Shown: positions 27,911 to 35,650, counted from the first letter of the stretch. The stretch: DNA of 64,000 bases from Terriglobia bacterium (GCA_050010335.1 JBEKLF010000008.1:18905-82904); one strand, 5' to 3'. Notes: generated from the letters alone by a model not told the origin. Numbers and translations: made by a program.

Positions 27911-29440
27911 ATGGAGGTCGTTGAACGTGCTCGGCTAAATGTCGGAATGGACGTCTGGACGAAAATCGTGTGGCGGCTCGGATGGAATCCCACCCCGACA
28001 TATATTTTACTCGTCTGCATGGCTCTTTTGGGGTGGGTGCTTTTGCGGCATCCGGCCGGCCTGCTGCTAGGTTTGTTAGCGCTGGTGCCTCGGTGGAAAG
28101 CTATAAGTCTCATCAACAGGAACGGCCAAGGTTACCTCGACCAAGCCAAGTTGCAGGTCAAAGAGCAGGGCGCTAGGAGGCTGGGGGTTCACCTGGATAC
28201 TGCACTTTGCAACGTGTCGTCCACCGGACGCGGCACGCGGCCCTTCGGTGCGTCGTGGAATCCAGAGTTTGATATTTCAGTGGTCTATATCGATAACCAG
28301 TTTTTCGCGGTTTACCAAGCAGCAATCTTTAGTCTTCACGATTTCACTGTTCAGTTCCCCCAGCAAGGTGATGAAATTTACTACCGCCACGTTAGTGCTG
28401 TGAACTACCACCCGCCGCATGTCGAAGTCACACTCTCTGACGGGAAAACGATAAAGCGGTTCTCAGTTGGCTCAGAGGGCGGCAGCGCCGTGGTCTCTGC
28501 GCTGCGGGCGAAGTTAAGAGCACCCGTTGCCTCCGCAATGCCTGTTCCCGAACGAGGCGCTTTGAAAAACGGTACCCTTGGAATGCTCGCTCATCATGAG
28601 GACGATACCTCGGTGGGTCCCGGTGGCGAAGTTGCGCAGTCCGATAGTACGAATGAGGAGCGATATTGTTATCTTCGGCTCAGTAAGCTGCAGCAACTTT
28701 TGGCCGATCCTTCAGTCCTTGACGTGCTCGTCGAGCAGCTACGGGTTCCCGGAGAAACAGCCGTGCACAGGCAGCTAACGCAGCAACAAAAAATGGAAGC
28801 TATCGAGGCGGAGATTGACCACTTCCGGCGAACCCCAACGTCCGTCTGGTATGGAGTGCCATCATTTGAAGTCCTTGCGGCGTCGCTGTGGCGAGCCCAG
28901 GATCACGAGGATTGCATCAATAGGAGACTTCTTACGAAGAGGTTGGTCCGCCGGGGATGGTTCTGCGGTGTCTCAGACGAGGCCGACCTAATGATTCCTG
29001 TGGCGAGGTGGCTTAAGTCACTTGGCAATGACCCCTACATGGAGATTCCGATGGGGTCTGCAAGAGTTGATGTTCTTGGGTGCAGGAAAAGAGGCCTTTC
29101 AGGCTCGGGGAGTCTTACGGCTGTTGAATTGAAGAACGATTACCAGCAGTTCAAACGAGCACTCAATCAAGTTAGCACCTTTGCGGAATACGCTAACCTC
29201 GTATACATCGCGTGCACCCCTGCCTTCGCGGCAGATTACCTTGACCGGAACGAAAATTCAGTCAAACACTGGGATGCGACCGCCTTTGAGCGAAAAATTA
29301 CTGGGGGTGGGATTGGCCTGCTCATTGTCGAAAGAGATCAAGTTTTTGAAGTGGTCAAGCCGATTGAGCGTACTCCCAACAGCACTAACTTTTCGAGAGT
29401 GGTGAGTGCGCTATCCGCTGTGAATCTCATTGAGTGCTAA
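27911..29440 (+). CDS. Membrane protein with C-terminal PD-(D/E)xK nuclease-like domain
   Basis: SD TAGGAG 27897. Two N-terminal TM helices and a beta-rich middle. C-terminal E..RVDVLG(D 29069)..AVELK(E 29126, K 29132)..Y..YIACTP, an MmcB-like pattern. Confidence 0.6.
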   Translation: MEVVERARLNVGMDVWTKIVWRLGWNPTPTYILLVCMALLGWVLLRHPAGLLLGLLALVPRWKAISLINRNGQGYLDQAKLQVKEQGARRLGVHLDTALCNVSSTGRGTRPFGASWNPEFDISVVYIDNQFFAVYQAAIFSLHDFTVQFPQQGDEIYYRHVSAVNYHPPHVEVTLSDGKTIKRFSVGSEGGSAVVSALRAKLRAPVASAMPVPERGALKNGTLGMLAHHEDDTSVGPGGEVAQSDSTNEERYCYLRLSKLQQLLADPSVLDVLVEQLRVPGETAVHRQLTQQQKMEAIEAEIDHFRRTPTSVWYGVPSFEVLAASLWRAQDHEDCINRRLLTKRLVRRGWFCGVSDEADLMIPVARWLKSLGNDPYMEIPMGSARVDVLGCRKRGLSGSGSLTAVELKNDYQQFKRALNQVSTFAEYANLVYIACTPAFAADYLDRNENSVKHWDATAFERKITGGGIGLLIVERDQVFEVVKPIERTPNSTNFSRVVSALSAVNLIEC

Positions 29441-29448
29441 GGCAGCGA

Positions 29449-29596
29449 GAAGGGGACGGGGACATCCACCGTCCCTGAGGTTCGAAGAACGGCGGAGCCT
29501 GGGCAGTAGGTTCACGCTACTTGCTTGCTCCGCCATCGGCATGATGCCAAGTGGAGAAACCGGGAAGCAACGTGTCCCTGTCCCCCGGGTGGGTCC
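29449..29596. repeat. A-type structured repeat, copy 1
   Basis: Begins 8 nt after the stop. GGGGACGGGGACA at the 5' end and TGTCCCTGTCCCC at the 3' end. About 150 nt, homologous to 30919-31070. Confidence 0.8.
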
Positions 29597-29695
29597 GAGG
29601 GGAAAAACTCACGGTCAGAAATGCGCTGTGCGCGGCTACTCGCTTCTAAACGTTTGGTTTCTGAACAAACCTTCCGAAAGAACGCGGTTGTACTC

Positions 29696-30883
29696 ATGCG
29701 GAGCGTTGTAGGCAGCAACATCGGCCGGAAAATCCTCGTCCCGATCCTCAGGGCGCTCGATGTTGCGGGCGGACTCGCTATCACGACAAGAATAGGCGCG
29801 CGGCTCGTCGGCCTGATCATCCCGAAGTCCCGACCCATCCTCTGTGCCGCCTGTTTTACGGACCATGGACTTCGAATGGACGCAGACCGGCTCGGGATCC
29901 CGCACGCGCTGCCATGCCCTAATTGCGGGGCGCAGGGGACAAAAAAGCTCACCCTCTATCTGGTCAGAGTCCTTGCATCGCAGTTCTTCGTCAGGGGATC
30001 GGTTCGTCGTTTCTCTTACGGATCAGCTCCGCTTGTGCAATTTAACGAGGCGCGGTTTCAGCGTGGCGACTACGTTGGACCGAACTGGATTCAAAAGGAT
30101 GTAGCGCTCATCAGCGAGAAAGGAAGAATCGGTCTTTTTCATTATGGTCCCCATCTTTGGATGTTCGGGGAAATCGAGCCACTGAAAGCACTGCAGGACT
30201 CGCTTGAACGGGACGCCATCGTCGACCGGATTCTCAAGGAATACCCCGAACGCATCTTGCCACAGGGCGAAATTATCTACCGATTGCGCGCAAATCCGGA
30301 AAACCCTGTCGCAAGAGGCGAATACGATAGTCCACCTGACAAGGTGTTGGGGTGCGGACGGCTGGACTCGCCGGGGCAGCCCGTCCTCTACTGCTCCCAG
30401 GACATTGAGGGTTGTGTCCACGAGTGTAGGGTCACCGTGGAGGACGAATTGTATTTAGCCTCCCTGAAACCGACACGAAACCTCAAGCTCCTCGACCTTA
30501 CGGTCCTACTTCACGAAGAACACGTCACAGAGTTCGAAAGCCTCGACCTGGCGGTACACATGCTGTTCTTTGCAGCTGATCATTCCTACGAGATTACGCG
30601 TGCAATTGCGATTGCGGCGAGCAAGGCGGGCTTTGACGGGTTACTCTATCCGTCCTATTTCAGCCAGGTTCGGTCAGGAGCAATGCCTTTCGAAACGGCC
30701 TATGGAATTTCCGTACGGCAGTTCCCTGATGCCGCCAAATACGCCACATCGACGATATTTTCGAACGTCGCCTTATTCGGGCGGCCGATTAAAGAAGGTA
30801 TCCTCGCGGTGACCTGCATCGATCGGCTTGTCATTCATAAGGTGCACTATGATTTCCGGTTCGGCCCGGCAACTCCTCATTGA
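29696..30883 (+). CDS. RES-domain protein with N-terminal Zn-ribbon extension
   Basis: CAAC..CPNC. GCGRLDSPGQPVLYCSQDIEGCVHE (R and E of RES) and GFDGLLYPSYFS (S). Start uncertain: ATG 29696 or 29621. The ORF upstream of these overlaps the repeat. Confidence 0.7.
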   Translation: MRSVVGSNIGRKILVPILRALDVAGGLAITTRIGARLVGLIIPKSRPILCAACFTDHGLRMDADRLGIPHALPCPNCGAQGTKKLTLYLVRVLASQFFVRGSVRRFSYGSAPLVQFNEARFQRGDYVGPNWIQKDVALISEKGRIGLFHYGPHLWMFGEIEPLKALQDSLERDAIVDRILKEYPERILPQGEIIYRLRANPENPVARGEYDSPPDKVLGCGRLDSPGQPVLYCSQDIEGCVHECRVTVEDELYLASLKPTRNLKLLDLTVLLHEEHVTEFESLDLAVHMLFFAADHSYEITRAIAIAASKAGFDGLLYPSYFSQVRSGAMPFETAYGISVRQFPDAAKYATSTIFSNVALFGRPIKEGILAVTCIDRLVIHKVHYDFRFGPATPH

Positions 30884-30918
30884 TAGTCCCGGCACCGGCA
30901 TTCACGCCTGCGTTGTTC

Positions 30919-31070
30919 GGAGGGGACGGACAGACACCACCGTCCCTGTTGTTCGAAGAGCGGCGGAGCCTGGACAGCAGGTTCACGCCACTTGCTCGCT
31001 CCGCCATCGGCATGATGCGAAGTGGAGAAACCCGGAAACGTGGTTTGTCCCCGTCCCCCGGTTCCCGTCC
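30919..31070. repeat. A-type structured repeat, copy 2
   Basis: Begins 35 nt after the RES stop. Aligns with 29449-29596 along its whole length. Confidence 0.8.
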
Positions 31071-31168
31071 GCGCTACCTGTGTGCCTGCCACGGGTTGAG
31101 CGGTTTCTCTTGAATGATGGGATTCGGGAGTAGATGATTGAAGCATCATCCACTGGAGGTAGGCGAAT

Positions 31169-32017
31169 ATGTTTGAGGTAAAGGGTGAATCCTTTCTCGC
31201 CATTGGTGAAATGTTCGGCGAGATGATGCAAATCTATAGGGACTCAACTACGCCCAAGACTTATGAGGTTAAGTTTAAATCTTCGCATTTCGGAAAGATA
31301 CATCCCGTCGAGGTACTTCCTAAAGATGCAGTTAGCATAGATGGGCCTATGCCTGATTCGTATCGACAAAGTCTTACAGAGTGGTCCGATACAATGGTTG
31401 GCAATTGCCACAGCCTTCGCCTTTCACAGAGTTTTAGACAGGCAAAGAGAATAATTGAGTGCCTGAGCACACAGCAGGTGTCAATTAGGCAGTTCTTGGA
31501 AATGCAGAGGAACCTCTATGACCGCATCGTTGACGAACTTCAGGAGAGGGTTACCATTCAAATTGAATCGCCGAGAGCTAATTTCTACAATGACCCTGCC
31601 GCGTTCGGTCAAAACGTATTCAATGCGTTCCCGTCTGCACATGAGGATATTGCGGAGGCTGCTAAATGCTTGGCATTGGATAGGGCAACGGCTTGCGTTA
31701 TGCACCTATGCAGGGCTGTCGAGGTTGGACTGAAAGTACTGGCGGTCAAAGAATTAAATCTACCTGTGCGGAATAACTGGGGGAGACAGCTTGACGACAT
31801 CCAGAAGGAGCTGACGGCACGGTACAGGGCATCCGGCACGCGAACGGCGGACGAGGCTTTTTACTCGGAGGTCGCAGCGCAAATAGGGCACATCAAGACA
31901 GCATGGAGAAATCCGACGATGCACGTCGAGAGAACCTATACTTATGAGCGTGCGGAGGAAATCTTCGTCGCGGTCAGGTCTTTTATGAACCATTTGGCGC
32001 GGCGTATCAAAGAATAA
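31169..32017 (+). CDS. HEPN-like protein (DUF4145/Abi-like C-terminal domain)
   Basis: SD GGAGG 31154. C-terminal helical domain with DIAEAAKCLALDRATACVMHLCRAVE and WRNPTMH (Rx4H; R 31907, H 31922). Confidence 0.6.
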   Translation: MFEVKGESFLAIGEMFGEMMQIYRDSTTPKTYEVKFKSSHFGKIHPVEVLPKDAVSIDGPMPDSYRQSLTEWSDTMVGNCHSLRLSQSFRQAKRIIECLSTQQVSIRQFLEMQRNLYDRIVDELQERVTIQIESPRANFYNDPAAFGQNVFNAFPSAHEDIAEAAKCLALDRATACVMHLCRAVEVGLKVLAVKELNLPVRNNWGRQLDDIQKELTARYRASGTRTADEAFYSEVAAQIGHIKTAWRNPTMHVERTYTYERAEEIFVAVRSFMNHLARRIKE

Positions 32018-32024
32018 CGATCTT

Positions 32025-32130
32025 AGGGGGACGGAGACAGACACTACCGTCGCCCAGTAGAATCGCTATTGCTAAACACTGCGTCTCAGACGGCTGGCGA
32101 TCACTCCGGCGCCTTGCGGTCACGTGCGTC
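32025..32130. repeat. B-type structured repeat, copy 1
   Basis: Begins 7 nt after the HEPN stop. Shares the GGGGACGG-N-CCGTC hairpin module with the A type. The rest is homologous to 33679-33786. Confidence 0.7.
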
Positions 32131-32518
32131 CGTTCGTTATGCAAACTCGGCGCGCCATAGGCCCGGATGGCTCGTCACGAACCCCGCCGCGTCTACTTCC
32201 AGGGTCCGCCGCACTCGGTTCCGTTCAAACGCCGTCTGCGCTCCGCGTCCACAGATAGGTCTATCTCCCGACCGCCCATCACGCCCCTTACTTGGGCTGA
32301 GTCGTCGACCACGCGGCTTTACGCCGCTCCCACAGGATAGTTGCTGGCGTCATAGAATCCGCGATAATCAACCCATATGAAGCAACGGCTATACCCTGGA
32401 AACGACTATACCTAGCTACCTGACTTCGCGGCGCAGCCGGGATCTGATCGGCAATACGATTGGGAGTCCCCGGTGATCGGCACGCCGGAGGAGCTGTTTT
32501 AGGAGGGTTTCGGTCGTC

Positions 32519-32698
32519 ATGGGTTACATTGTGGATGACGTGCGGCGCCTACGTGAGGAACAGGCCGCCAGGCACGGCTTTGACATGATTGCCATTCTTG
32601 GCGCGGCAAAAAAGCGACAACGTCGGTCGACGCGAACAGTGGTTTCCCTCGTTCCAAAGAAGACCCTGCGCACATCGGCACCGCAAATCTCGGCGTGA
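32519..32698 (+). CDS. Small (59 aa) hypothetical protein, antitoxin-like
   Basis: AGGAGGG 32501-32507 lies 11 nt before the ATG. MGYIVDDVRRLREEQAARHGFDMIAILGAAKKRQRRSTRTVVSLVPKK. Below the 60-aa ORF-track cutoff. Confidence 0.4.
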   Translation: MGYIVDDVRRLREEQAARHGFDMIAILGAAKKRQRRSTRTVVSLVPKKTLRTSAPQISA

Positions 32699-32919
32699 TT
32701 TCCGCGTGCCGACGAGCGCGGCAGTGATCGCCTCCTGTCCCGTTCCAGAGCCCTTAAAATCTCAGCAGGATGCCGTAGCGGCGAGTTTACCTCGCCATTT
32801 GCCGGCGTGATGACGGAAAAGCGCGGGGGTGAAAAGCCGCGGACCTACACGAACAGGTCCGCGCTACGGATGCTTTCCGCCAGGGACATTTTGTAGCCTC
32901 TATCTCTGGTAGATTTCTC

Positions 32920-32947
32920 TTGACTTTCTAGTATTCGATGCTATAAT
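32920..32947 (+). promoter_or_regulatory. Near-consensus sigma70 promoter TTGACT-16-TATAAT
   Basis: TTGACT 32920-32925 and TATAAT 32942-32947. No ORF follows; it reads into the word tract and four-box array. Confidence 0.45.
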
Positions 32948-32976
32948 AACTGGGTGTTACTGTAGAGTGAAGTTAG

Positions 32977-33040
32977 GATTGCCGATTTTTGATTGCCGAT
33001 TGCCGATTGCCGATTTTCGATTGCTGATTTGGGATTTGCA
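32977..33040. repeat. Periodic word tract (GATTGCC/GATTTT)n
   Basis: gattgccgatttttgattgccgattgccgattgccgattttcgattgctgatttgggatttgca. Confidence 0.8.
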
Positions 33041-33137
33041 TCAAGGCGCCGACGTTTTTGACATGGTGGAGGGCAACACGATCCCTGTCGCTAGCGCGAG
33101 CCGGAGGACAAGGAGCCAACCTAAACGGTGCTCCGTC

Positions 33138-33522
33138 TTCCACGATGTACTAGAAATTAAATGAGTTAGCTGTGTAGCCCGGAAGGCTTTCAGGAATTCA
33201 AGTCATTGAATGTAAACAAGTTAGTAAATTCCAGGCGGCGACGCGGCGAAAAAACGGGGGGAAAAATGAAGGGATGTTCCACGATGTTATTGAAAACAAA
33301 TAGAGAAAATATGTCCGAAAGTAAGCTTTCCACGATGTTGATGAAAATAAAGGACCTATAGAGCGCTTTCCACGATGTTGATGATAATTAAAGTAGTTAG
33401 CCAAGATTACGGATGGCGCTTGACGAGTTCGGATGACAATCAGAGGCTAGAGCCGAAGGGATGAAATAGAAAAAGGATTCTTTTTTTTTACGTTCGAAGC
33501 CGGAATGTCTATGAAAACAAAC
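33138..33522 (+). repeat. Four-box direct repeat array (TTCCACGATGTTGATGAAAATAAA-like) plus degenerate fifth box, locus 2
   Basis: Boxes at 33138, 33277, 33328 and 33368, spaced 139/51/40 nt. Partial box at 33500-33522. Confidence 0.7.
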
Positions 33523-33550
33523 AAATTTATGACACAATGCCCGGAAACAA

Positions 33551-33590
33551 GTCGGACATTTATGTCTTAGATTCGGACATTTGCGTCTAA
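33551..33590 (+). repeat. Tandem 20-mer x2 (TCGGACATTTnnGTCTnA)
   Basis: gtcggacatttatgtcttag / attcggacatttgcgtctaa. Inverted core ATGTCCGA at 33311. Confidence 0.7.
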
Positions 33591-33678
33591 CCGACACCAT
33601 TTTTGCAGAAAATCGCCGCTTTGTGACGACAATTTGCCAGATCATTCTCATGCCGCTTCGCTCACACGGTCTTTTGTA

Positions 33679-33786
33679 AGAGGGGACGGGACAGACACCA
33701 ACGTCACCCTGTAGAGGATTCGGTATTACTCAACACAGCGTCCAAGAGGGCTTGCGATCAATCCGGCACCTTGCGGTGACGTGCTT
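33679..33786. repeat. B-type structured repeat, copy 2
   Basis: AGGGGACGGGACAGACACCAACGTCACCC 5' module. ACGTCACC (33701) is complementary to GGTGACGT (33775). Confidence 0.7.
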
Positions 33787-33818
33787 CAGATTCTCGGGCT
33801 TATGGGGGCAGTTTGAAT

Positions 33819-34253
33819 TTACGTTCCGGTACTTCCGAATCCTCCGGCGTCGCGTTCCGTGGACGATACCGAATCGGCTTCGGTGAACTCTGCCTCAACG
33901 CGCTTAACGATTCGCACTTGGGCAATGCGATCTCCCGCATTAATTCTAAAAGAGGATTTACCCAGGTTGATAAGCACAACTTTCAACTCGCCGCGGTAGC
34001 CGGGATCCATGACCCCGGCCAGCGTGCAGATTCCGCGCAACGCCAAACCCGAGCGATCCTCGACGAGCGCGCCGAAATTCGGAGGAAACTCGAAGGCGAG
34101 GCCGGTGCGCACAGCCTTGATTTCGCCGGGCGCCAACTCTTCCGCCTCCAGCGCGGTTACGTCGGCAGCCAGATCTCCGTAAGGGCCGCGGTGCGCATAG
34201 TTCGGCATAATTGCCGCGGGGTGAAGCTTTGCGACCTTTACGTTGATAGTCAT
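33819..34253 (-). CDS. dut: dUTP diphosphatase
   Basis: 144 aa. AADVTA, GALVEDRSGLALRG, VMDPGYRGEL and GGFGSTG motifs. Confidence 0.9.
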   Translation of the reverse strand: MTINVKVAKLHPAAIMPNYAHRGPYGDLAADVTALEAEELAPGEIKAVRTGLAFEFPPNFGALVEDRSGLALRGICTLAGVMDPGYRGELKVVLINLGKSSFRINAGDRIAQVRIVKRVEAEFTEADSVSSTERDAGGFGSTGT

Positions 34254-34334
34254 CCGTGGGGGCTCCTCAGGTTTAGATTAATCATGGCGGATCGGCCGAT
34301 GGGTGGTATCGAGAAAGCAGACACGGCCCTGAGA

Positions 34335-35351
34335 TCAGGACTTCTCCTTTTCGAGAAAGCGCTTCATCTTCAGGTAGGCCGCGAACATTTCCGGCAGCCG
34401 TTTATAGACCGCCGAGGCTTTCAGCCACGCCTTGTTCTCGATGGCGGGGTAGCCGGAAATGGTGGTATGGGGCGGGACGTCGCTCGGCACGCCGGTTTGG
34501 GCTGTGGCGATGACGTAGTCACCGATGGTCAAGTGGCCGGCCACGCCGACCTGTCCGGTCAGGGTTACGTTTCGGCCCAGCGTGACGCTGCCGGAGATTC
34601 CCACCTGGCTACAGAGCAGAGAATTCTCACCAATGTCGCATCCGTGCGCGACTTGCACGAGGTTGTCAATCTTAACGCCTCGACGCAAGCGAGTTTCGCC
34701 GACAGCGGCGCGATCAACACAACTGTTGGCTTGAATTTCCACGCGATCTTCAATGACCACGGTGCCGGCTTGCACGATCTTGTGAAACGTTCCGTCCGGG
34801 CGCGGCGCAAAACCGAATCCGTCGCCGCCCAATACCACGCCGTTCTGAAGGATCACATCGTCGCCGATGCGGACGTTCTCGCGGACCACGGCGTGGGAGT
34901 GAGCGAAAAAACGATCCCCGATTTTCGCTCCCGGGTAAATCGTAACAAAGCTCTTGAGCACGCAATCGTTACCAATCACCGCGCCGGCTTCGATGACCAC
35001 ATAAGGGCCGATCGAGGGATTGCTCCCCAGCTTCGCGTCCGGGGCGATGACGGCAGTGGGGTGAATTCCCGCGGGCGGCCTCTGGGGTGGATAGAAAACC
35101 TCCAGCGCCCGAGCAAACGACATGTAAGGATCGGCGGAACGCAACGCGGGCTTGCCCAACGTGTCGACGTTCGGGCCGGCGATAATCGCTCCGGCGCGCG
35201 TCGTACGCAGCTTCCGTACATATTTGGGATTGGAAAGAAATGTGATTTTGCCGGCATCGGCTTCATCCATTCCTGCCACCCCGGTGATTTCCAAATCACC
35301 AGGTCCCTCAAGATGGCATTCAAGCCGGGACGCAAGTTCGCCGAGTTTCAT
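34335..35351 (-). CDS. lpxD: UDP-3-O-acylglucosamine N-acyltransferase
   Basis: MKLGELASRL N-terminus and hexapeptide repeats throughout. Start set at ATG 35351. Confidence 0.9.
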   Translation of the reverse strand: MKLGELASRLECHLEGPGDLEITGVAGMDEADAGKITFLSNPKYVRKLRTTRAGAIIAGPNVDTLGKPALRSADPYMSFARALEVFYPPQRPPAGIHPTAVIAPDAKLGSNPSIGPYVVIEAGAVIGNDCVLKSFVTIYPGAKIGDRFFAHSHAVVRENVRIGDDVILQNGVVLGGDGFGFAPRPDGTFHKIVQAGTVVIEDRVEIQANSCVDRAAVGETRLRRGVKIDNLVQVAHGCDIGENSLLCSQVGISGSVTLGRNVTLTGQVGVAGHLTIGDYVIATAQTGVPSDVPPHTTISGYPAIENKAWLKASAVYKRLPEMFAAYLKMKRFLEKEKS

Positions 35352-35650
35352 GATGATCTCCCTGTGATGAATGGCTCCGCCACGGAAACCTCGCCGAGAG
35401 GAGCGGGTCTGCAATTGGCTTCACGTACATGGGAAAGCGTACCAGTGGTAAACCGTTCTGGCAACGTTCAGTGCGACATGTCCTGCCACCGCTCCATGCC
35501 TCGGAGGATAACAAGCGGGAAGGGAAGTGAGCGCCGGATGGAAAGCCAACTGGATAGTGGCTTTGCGAGTCGCAGTCGCTTGTGGAAGCGAGCGCGTAAA
35601 TCAAATGCAGGGCCCGGGAGTAGTACACAAGTACCAGTACAGGCGTGACC

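Noticed and set aside
29476-29490. GGTTCGAAG resembling a tRNA T-loop
   Set aside because: There is no acceptor, D or anticodon arm around it. The same string is part of both A repeats. I found no tRNA anywhere in the window.
29430-31113. ORFs 29430..29711 and 30880..31113 encoding similar peptides (PPSLRFEERRSLGSRFT...)
   Set aside because: They exist only because they read through the A-type repeats. Differences between the copies are mostly non-synonymous and an indel breaks the frame, so I treat them as non-coding.
32977-33040. Periodic word tracts as CRISPR arrays (also 44044, 45457, 59413 and 61055)
   Set aside because: The units are 6-8 nt with no spacers of unique sequence, and no cas genes are present. 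They are microsatellite-like arms, not repeat-spacer arrays.
33277-33390. Boxes as tiny peptide genes (MFHDVIENK-stop and similar)
   Set aside because: Only one box has an ATG. The locus 1 boxes translate differently (RDVHENK; PRDV-stop), and there is no SD. Conservation is at the DNA level.
29449-33786. Integron attC sites / CALIN array
   Set aside because: The layout is suggestive, but no copy has the required RYYYAAC ... GTTRRRY order at its ends. In the A copies a GTT precedes the AAC. No intI gene is present. The only tyrosine recombinase in the window is a canonical XerD 4.3 kb away.
33813-35648. 611-aa ORF on the + strand
   Set aside because: It is entirely antisense to the well-supported dut and lpxD genes. 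It has Arg/Gly/Ala-rich, shadow-frame composition and no motifs.
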